Part shown: one piece after another, positions 57,891-64,000 of the stretch
Position numbering within the stretch: the first letter of the stretch is position 1
How the letters are laid out: every line of letters begins with the position of its first letter
Assembly (NCBI GenBank): GCA_037441845.1
Contig: JBBIRK010000002.1
Location: forward strand, 1-64,000
Source of the DNA: Candidatus Zixiibacteriota bacterium
GTDB taxonomy: Bacteria; Zixibacteria; MSB-5A5; UBA10806; 4484-95
Length of the DNA: 64,000 nt
Direction of reading: 5' to 3'
Translations under genes and position numbers: made by a program
Notes under the pieces: model-generated
Seen by the model: only the letters and a program-made list of their open reading frames with translations
Told to the model about the DNA's origin: nothing
Database searches by the model: none

Positions 57891-58843
57891 AAAAACCTTT
57901 TTGGCGGTTGATATCGCCGGTCGATTTTCTGATTATCTGCTACTCATCATTCATGATAATCCTGATAACCGCTTTCGGCGGCCATTTGGATGACCGCCTG
58001 ACGATCTATCACGCGTATTCTTTCTGCATCGGCACCGCGCTATTTTTCGTGTTCCTCAAATCCGTCCTGAATTCCCCGATAATCCGTTACCTTTCCATGA
58101 TATACCCGTTGGCTTTGCTGATTGTTTTTTACGAGATTTCCGGTTATCACATTCATCTGTTTTTCCCCGGGTTTTTCGATCGGATTTTAGTGGGATTCGA
58201 AAACCTTATCTTCCCGGTTCATCCTACCGTATGGTTTCAGCGTTGGAATCATCCGCTGATAACCGAGTGGATGATGTTCGGCTATTCGTTTTACTTGCTG
58301 CTCTTGCCGATAACCGTCAGCTGGCTGTTTTTTCGTAAAAAATACGCCCAATCGAATCACTTGCTCTTGAGTCTGATAATCGCATTCTTCGTCTGCTACA
58401 TCGGTTTCTTCCTTTTCCCTATCGAAGGGCCGCGCTATTTTCTGCACCACCTTTATACGGTCAAATTTTCGGGCTATTTTTTCAAATCGATCACCAATCT
58501 GATTGAGGGCGAGGCGATGCTCCATGGCGGCTGTTTCCCCTCGGCGCATTGCGCGGCGGCCACGGTCATGCTGTTCTTATCGTTCAAATACGATAAAGTG
58601 TTGTTCGCCTGGACGGCACCGATAATAATCACCCTTTACGTTTCCACCATCTACGGAAGGTATCATTATCCATCCGATTTCGCGGCCGGGTTCATAGCCG
58701 GAGCGGTGGCGATCCGTTTGGCCACATCGTTACAAAATCACTGGGATAGAAAAATCGAAAGAGATGCCGAAAAGTCGCATGCCGAGCCGACCGAAATTCC
58801 CCTTCCCAGACCGAAAACCGATATAATAGCCGAAAAGCCTTAG
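57887..58843 (+). CDS. PAP2/Aur1-family membrane phosphoesterase
   Basis: PIEGPR, CFPSAHCA, STIYGRYHYPSD; TTG start overlapping the upstream stop. Confidence 0.88.
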   Translation: MKKPFWRLISPVDFLIICYSSFMIILITAFGGHLDDRLTIYHAYSFCIGTALFFVFLKSVLNSPIIRYLSMIYPLALLIVFYEISGYHIHLFFPGFFDRILVGFENLIFPVHPTVWFQRWNHPLITEWMMFGYSFYLLLLPITVSWLFFRKKYAQSNHLLLSLIIAFFVCYIGFFLFPIEGPRYFLHHLYTVKFSGYFFKSITNLIEGEAMLHGGCFPSAHCAAATVMLFLSFKYDKVLFAWTAPIIITLYVSTIYGRYHYPSDFAAGFIAGAVAIRLATSLQNHWDRKIERDAEKSHAEPTEIPLPRPKTDIIAEKP

Positions 58844-58862
58844 TTTCGATTCGCGCGGAAAA

Positions 58863-61800
58863 TTATCGATATTTCTCGATCAAAGATAGGTATGCCTTGA
58901 TATCGTAGCCGGCCATTCTGGCCGAATCTATGAGCGACGCGGCCGTATCGACCAGGCGGCGAAGCCCGATTATCGTGGAATCTCCGCCGGAGCGATACCA
59001 CACGATCTTGATTAAAAAAATCATGCCCAGCAGAAACTCCAGGCGTTCCTTGTTTAGCCATAATCTGCCGTCATATTCGTTAACCAACAGATAATCATGC
59101 GCCCGCCTATCGGCAAGCAAGCCGGCTATCAACGCCTTCCCCGATAGATTTCTATCGCCTTCGATGGTGCGGCAATGGTCGATCAAGAGACGCAACAGCC
59201 GACCATGGCTTTCGCTTTCCTGCATTCCGATCCTCCGATCGACAAGCGCACTTGTCAGCTTGTCGGTCAATTTCCATTCGTCCGTCACGGTGGAAATGGA
59301 AATAGGAACCGTCGTCTCCTCGCCATGCCCCGCCATATTCTCGACCGCCTCGATCGCGAAAAAGGCCAATCCGAGTGGAAGCAGCTGACCGTTCAATCTT
59401 TCGAGCGTTTCGAGAAGCGGAATGATTTCCGCACGGTTATCGTCGTCTCCAAAACCCGTAACCAATTCGTGATAGACGGCGAATTCGTTCCATGCCGATT
59501 CGATAGCCGCCGAACGCTCCGCCGTTATCCCCATAAAATCCGCCGCGGCTTTGCAAAAAGCGTCGAATTTCGCCCGGCATAGGCTCAGCGCCGATTTTTC
59601 GCTTTCGCCCGGTGAATCCAAATTCTCCATCTTGAGCAATTCGCAAAACGGCTCCAACACCGCCCGATACCGCAGCTCGTGTAAAGCGGCGTTTATATCG
59701 GGAACGCCGGCTCCGCCCAATTGATCGCAAAGCCGCCGCCATGAACCGTCGTCGTCTTTAACCTCCCGCAAATCGAGAAATGCGTTATACTGGTATCCGC
59801 GCAGCACGGCGAACAGGCCCCGTTCGGCGATTTGCAAATTTTCTCGGATATATTCAAGCCCCGATTCATAATCCTTGAAAATCGTGAAATATCCGGGCTC
59901 CGCCTTGATGTCGATCGCCTCCGCAAGCGTTCGGCGGATCAGGAATTTGTTATCGGCATCCCCCTTATTGATCGCGGTTGATAATTTGATCGTGCCACGG
60001 GTCGAATTATATGAATTATTGTAGATTATTATCGCCTTCTCCAGGCCCACCATATTCGAATAGGCGAACACATTTTCATCGACCCATCCCTCGGGGGTCA
60101 CGAAATCGTAAAACGCGAAATTCTCGGAGCCGCTGAACAACCGCCGTCGCCTCATCAGCGGAAAAATCTTTTGCTCATGCAATTTCACCATCTGCCGGTT
60201 TATGGGTTCATCCCAATAGGCGCGACCGTATTCCATGCCGTATTTTTCCCGGAAACCCTCTATCTGCCCATGACCGAACATCGGCAAACCCGGCATGGTC
60301 ACCATCATGACCGCGATACCGTAATACTTGTCGCCGTCGCCGAACTGCGCAATAGCGGTCTCCTCATCGGGATTGTTCATGAAATTGACGAATCGTTTGA
60401 GCACTTCCGGGCTGAACTCGAGCACGTTCTTCACCGTCTGCCGATATTTGCTGTTTTCCTCCATCTTGAGCATGTTCATGAATGCGCTGTTGTAAACGCG
60501 ATGCATTCCGAGCGTGCGCACGAAATACCCCTCCATGAGCCAAAACGCCTCCGCCAGAAGCAGAGTGTCGGGCGCCTCCGCGGCCACTCTGTCGACCACT
60601 TCGCGCCAGAACTCCGCCGGCATGGCCGCGTCGAATTGCTCCCGGGTCAGGCCGTTTTCCGCACGCGAGGGGATCGCTCCACCCTCGCCGGGCCGGGGAA
60701 ACCAAAGCCGCTGATAGTGGCGCTTGGCAAGCGTCATCGCCGCATCGAAACGGATTATGGGAAATTTACGGGCCACGTGGATAATCGTATTGATGACCGC
60801 CTCGCGCACCTCCGGATTCAGGAAATTAAGCTGAGCGGTATCGTTCCAGGGCATGTTGGTGCCGTCGTTGCCGTGATAAATATACCTGACATCGCCGGTC
60901 CATTTGTCGGTGCGCTTGAAAACCACTGCGGCGTCGCGCCGATCCCAGTAGCCGTCCTCGATCTGTATCATCACCCGCTCGTCGCTCGAAAGATCCATGC
61001 CGCCGAAACGGTAATTCGGATACGGCGGATAGGGCAGTTGAATGAACCAATCGGGATGCTCGATAACCCAACGGGAATATATACCGGTGTGATTGGGCAC
61101 CATATCGCTGGCGAGTCTAATCCCCCTCCGCCAGGCCCGTTCTTTCAGATTGATATAAGCCTCTTCGCCGCCCAGGTCGGCCGCGATCGTATAGTCGTAT
61201 AACGAGTAAGCCGAGGCCATCGCCTCCGGGTTACCCATCGCCCGCTTTATTTTCTGCGACGCCGGCGATCTTTCCCATATACCGATCAGCCATAATCCGG
61301 TGAATCCCCAGCGGGCAAGCTGGTCGAGCTCCTCATCGGGGATGTCGCTCAAATGACGGCAATGTCGCTTATATTTGTTGGATAATTGATACAGCCAGAC
61401 ATGAATCGACTTGGCTATCATTACCACGTTCGACATCCAATCGGCGTCTTGGCTGAACCGGGCCGGTTCGTTGATCCCGTAATCCGCTCCATAAGTCGAT
61501 CGAATGAAATCGAGTATCTCGATACTGCCTGGACCCAAACCGCGGATACGTCTTTCCTCGCTGAGTATGTCGGTGGCCAAAAGGATTCGTTCGAGCAACT
61601 CGTCGGGCAGAAACTCGGCCCAATTGTCGTAGATAAATTTGAGTTGACAATCGAGCGAATCCGAGCACGTCCGAATGGGCTCGAATAAGCATTCGAACAG
61701 CGGCTTTCCCAACGGTTTGAAAGTCGGCCCTCCGGCGAAATACTCCTTGTCGCCGGCGATAATTTCGGCGTAGCGCGATTTTTCCCTCAACGGCGAATCG

Positions 61801-62351
61801 TCGAAAAGGCGGGCTGCGAAACGGAATGCCGGGTTTACATTGGCCAGATACAACAGAATCAGCTCGGCGCCGAAAATGTCGCGATTGGTGCCCGCCTCGC
61901 CCGCTTGCAGAATAATATCTTTCCCCTCTATCGACTCCGATAGCAGCGCCTGCGGAGGGAACGTTCCTATGAATGCGATCGCAGTCGGATCGGTATCGAT
62001 TCCCGATCGCTGCTGTAAATGCCGTCGCGAATTTTCGAATATCCCCGGATTATGCACCTGTCCGAATTGATAAATCAGATACCGAAAAACGTCCCAGATC
62101 GTAGCCATCGAGAACAGTTGCCCAGGAAAAATCGGAGGAAGATCGGAAAGCATGCCTCCGCGCAGGTCATTTATTTTATCGCACAAGCGGCGGATATTGT
62201 AGGTAAACCGTTTCTGAAAAGCGCCCTCATTAGGGCCGAACAGCATCTTCCTGTCCAAGTTGTCGGTGATTCCCCGTCCAAGCACCAAGCCGAACGGAAA
62301 GTGTCGATGCAGGATAATTTCAAGCAGCGTCGTGTCGATTGTTTTACTCAT
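58863..62351 (-). CDS. Large GH13 alpha-amylase-family glycoside hydrolase
   Basis: DMVPNH, RFDAAM, LAEAFW, NNPDEE and PGLPMFGHGQ catalytic regions. Confidence 0.92.
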   Translation of the reverse strand: MSKTIDTTLLEIILHRHFPFGLVLGRGITDNLDRKMLFGPNEGAFQKRFTYNIRRLCDKINDLRGGMLSDLPPIFPGQLFSMATIWDVFRYLIYQFGQVHNPGIFENSRRHLQQRSGIDTDPTAIAFIGTFPPQALLSESIEGKDIILQAGEAGTNRDIFGAELILLYLANVNPAFRFAARLFDDSPLREKSRYAEIIAGDKEYFAGGPTFKPLGKPLFECLFEPIRTCSDSLDCQLKFIYDNWAEFLPDELLERILLATDILSEERRIRGLGPGSIEILDFIRSTYGADYGINEPARFSQDADWMSNVVMIAKSIHVWLYQLSNKYKRHCRHLSDIPDEELDQLARWGFTGLWLIGIWERSPASQKIKRAMGNPEAMASAYSLYDYTIAADLGGEEAYINLKERAWRRGIRLASDMVPNHTGIYSRWVIEHPDWFIQLPYPPYPNYRFGGMDLSSDERVMIQIEDGYWDRRDAAVVFKRTDKWTGDVRYIYHGNDGTNMPWNDTAQLNFLNPEVREAVINTIIHVARKFPIIRFDAAMTLAKRHYQRLWFPRPGEGGAIPSRAENGLTREQFDAAMPAEFWREVVDRVAAEAPDTLLLAEAFWLMEGYFVRTLGMHRVYNSAFMNMLKMEENSKYRQTVKNVLEFSPEVLKRFVNFMNNPDEETAIAQFGDGDKYYGIAVMMVTMPGLPMFGHGQIEGFREKYGMEYGRAYWDEPINRQMVKLHEQKIFPLMRRRRLFSGSENFAFYDFVTPEGWVDENVFAYSNMVGLEKAIIIYNNSYNSTRGTIKLSTAINKGDADNKFLIRRTLAEAIDIKAEPGYFTIFKDYESGLEYIRENLQIAERGLFAVLRGYQYNAFLDLREVKDDDGSWRRLCDQLGGAGVPDINAALHELRYRAVLEPFCELLKMENLDSPGESEKSALSLCRAKFDAFCKAAADFMGITAERSAAIESAWNEFAVYHELVTGFGDDDNRAEIIPLLETLERLNGQLLPLGLAFFAIEAVENMAGHGEETTVPISISTVTDEWKLTDKLTSALVDRRIGMQESESHGRLLRLLIDHCRTIEGDRNLSGKALIAGLLADRRAHDYLLVNEYDGRLWLNKERLEFLLGMIFLIKIVWYRSGGDSTIIGLRRLVDTAASLIDSARMAGYDIKAYLSLIEKYR

Positions 62352-62544
62352 GGGCGATTAATTAATATAATCGGATAATATAATCAAGGGGTTAAGTGAA
62401 ACGGCGGGTGCAGGCCGCCCATATTTATAGAGTGGTGACGCTCGAAAAATTTAGATTGCGTAGGTATTCTGTGGATAGTATTATTAGGTGTTCGGTGGAA
62501 TTGCTGCGTGTATTGTTGCAATCGCCGGGCGGTATAAGTTTAGT

Positions 62545-62618
<74 letters not shown>

Positions 62619-63013
62619 TTTTTTATCGGTAAAACAAATATGCAACACGGAGACATGGTCGCCCGGGGACGTCGTAATGACCTTATGGCACAGTCCGAAT
62701 TACAGGCCAACTACCCATCACCACAACACACCATTCCTCTTCGATACTCCGATCGGTATAATCCACCTGCAGCTATTTCCCCTTGGAAATTTAGATAAAA
62801 ATGATATGCCCCGCGATCCTGTCAAGTGACATTTTCGCTCATAGCCGATTCACTTCCCGATTCTATTCCATTGACTAATTCCTAAAAATAAATATAATTG
62901 TATTGTTGTTTAGCGGTTATCTTTTGAGTGGTTTTCGCTTATGCTTATCGAAACGACGCTCATCGAATATCGCAAAATCGATAATATCAAATAACTATAG
63001 ACGGGAGCAACAA

Positions 63014-64000
63014 ATGAAATTCGCGTGGGTAATCGTGCTGTCGATGGCGCTGCTGATCGCGGCGGACCGGCTGGCCGCTGTCGAACTTGAGCTGGTCAAA
63101 TCCACCGAGCAATCCTTCAAATCCGCTTATCCGGGGGCGCAATTTTTATTCGAGGACGACGGCCGACTGTCGAGAATTTACGGCCGGCCGTTCGGCGGTG
63201 GAAGCAACCCGATCGACGCGGCTGAACGGTTTAAGTCCAACTATGCCGCCATGTTCGGCCTCGAGCCTGATGAATTGGTTCAGGTAAGTGCGTTCAACCC
63301 CGAATTGAAAACGCAGGGCTTGATGTACGATCGTTCCACGGGCGAACCTCGTTTCACACTCGTTTATTACTCGCAATTCAAGGCCGGCCTGCCGGTTTAT
63401 GACGCCGAGCTGCGTCTGCTTGTGCTCAATCGGCCGGACCACCCGATCGCTCTGGCGGTCGTGGCGCTCAAAGATCTTTCGCAATTTCGCCCTGAACCGG
63501 CCGCCATGGCTGCGGATCCCCTGGCGGTGCGTTCCGCTTTCCAGTCTCAGATACCCGAAATGCCCAATACTTCCGAGCCGCGTCTGGTAATCTGGGCCGG
63601 CACTCCTGATGAAACCGCCAAGCCCAGAGTGGCAGTCGAGTTCGTAGCCTGGGATAGTCAACCCGCCACCATGAAAAAGCGATTCTTGATCGACGCCGTC
63701 ACGCTCGAAAAATTGCACGAGGAAGATTTGGTAATCGACATCAACATCACCGGCCAGGTAAATGGATTAGCCACGGAGAATTTCAAAGCCGAACAATGCG
63801 GCAACGAAATCACTACGCCGCTGCGCCACGCCTATGTGCGTATCCAGGGCGGCGATTCTGCGATAGCCGACACCGGCGGTTATTTTACGATAAACAATCC
63901 GGGAAGTTCACCGGTGACCGTGCTCTCTCCTATCCGCGGTCGTTGGTTTAGGGTATATAACCAAGCCGGCAGCGCCACCGAACTTTCGCAAACCGTGACC
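63014..64000 (+). CDS. Secreted protein with FTP/PepSY-like propeptide, probable metallopeptidase; runs off the window end
   Basis: Translated by hand: MKFAWVIVLSMALLIAA...RLSRIYG...TLVYYSQFKAGLPVYDAEL...FLIDAVT; RBS GGGAG; catalytic motif not within the window. Confidence 0.7.
   Translation, partial: MKFAWVIVLSMALLIAADRLAAVELELVKSTEQSFKSAYPGAQFLFEDDGRLSRIYGRPFGGGSNPIDAAERFKSNYAAMFGLEPDELVQVSAFNPELKTQGLMYDRSTGEPRFTLVYYSQFKAGLPVYDAELRLLVLNRPDHPIALAVVALKDLSQFRPEPAAMAADPLAVRSAFQSQIPEMPNTSEPRLVIWAGTPDETAKPRVAVEFVAWDSQPATMKKRFLIDAVTLEKLHEEDLVIDINITGQVNGLATENFKAEQCGNEITTPLRHAYVRIQGGDSAIADTGGYFTINNPGSSPVTVLSPIRGRWFRVYNQAGSATELSQTVT

Noticed and set aside
55639..61202. Long plus-strand ORFs 55639..56814 and 60171..61202
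   Set aside because: Antisense shadows of the GGDEF and GH13 genes.

Overview
Bacterial chromosomal window. Gingipain/C25 and LVIVD proteins with C-terminal sorting domains, a PEP-CTERM protein and the general gene style suggest an FCB-group organism such as Zixibacteria; this taxonomy is inference only. The right half (about 34-64 kb) is mostly housekeeping: MFS transporter, cold-shock protein, tRNA-Glu, surE, mscL, OmpA, coaD, rsmD, comEA, spoIID-anmK-nagZ, a diguanylate cyclase, a GH13 enzyme and tRNA-Arg. The main result is in the left half: a phage-derived head and DNA-packaging system split into two intact, divergent operons. The minus-strand operon (14307-2433) encodes prohead protease, a membrane coiled-coil protein, scaffold, decoration protein, major capsid, a beta-propeller, an adaptor, two large Sec-exported proteins and a holin-like protein. 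The plus-strand operon (21544-24572) encodes portal, putative small terminase and large terminase. About 7 kb of ordinary host genes separate them, and no integrase, replicase, tail tube/tape measure or endolysin is visible in the window. Both operons carry the same 23-nt upstream motif (19/23 identical, core ATGC-N5-GCAT), which points to co-regulation. This fits a domesticated, gene-transfer-agent-like particle system better than a decaying prophage. Other observations: a sigma54-driven small RNA candidate with an anti-Shine-Dalgarno loop, an atypical Ski2/Hel308-like helicase with a 13-Cys partner, a sigma-region-4/Zn-finger regulator candidate, a 20-aa Lys-rich microprotein gene, and a LVIVD gene split by one in-frame stop.
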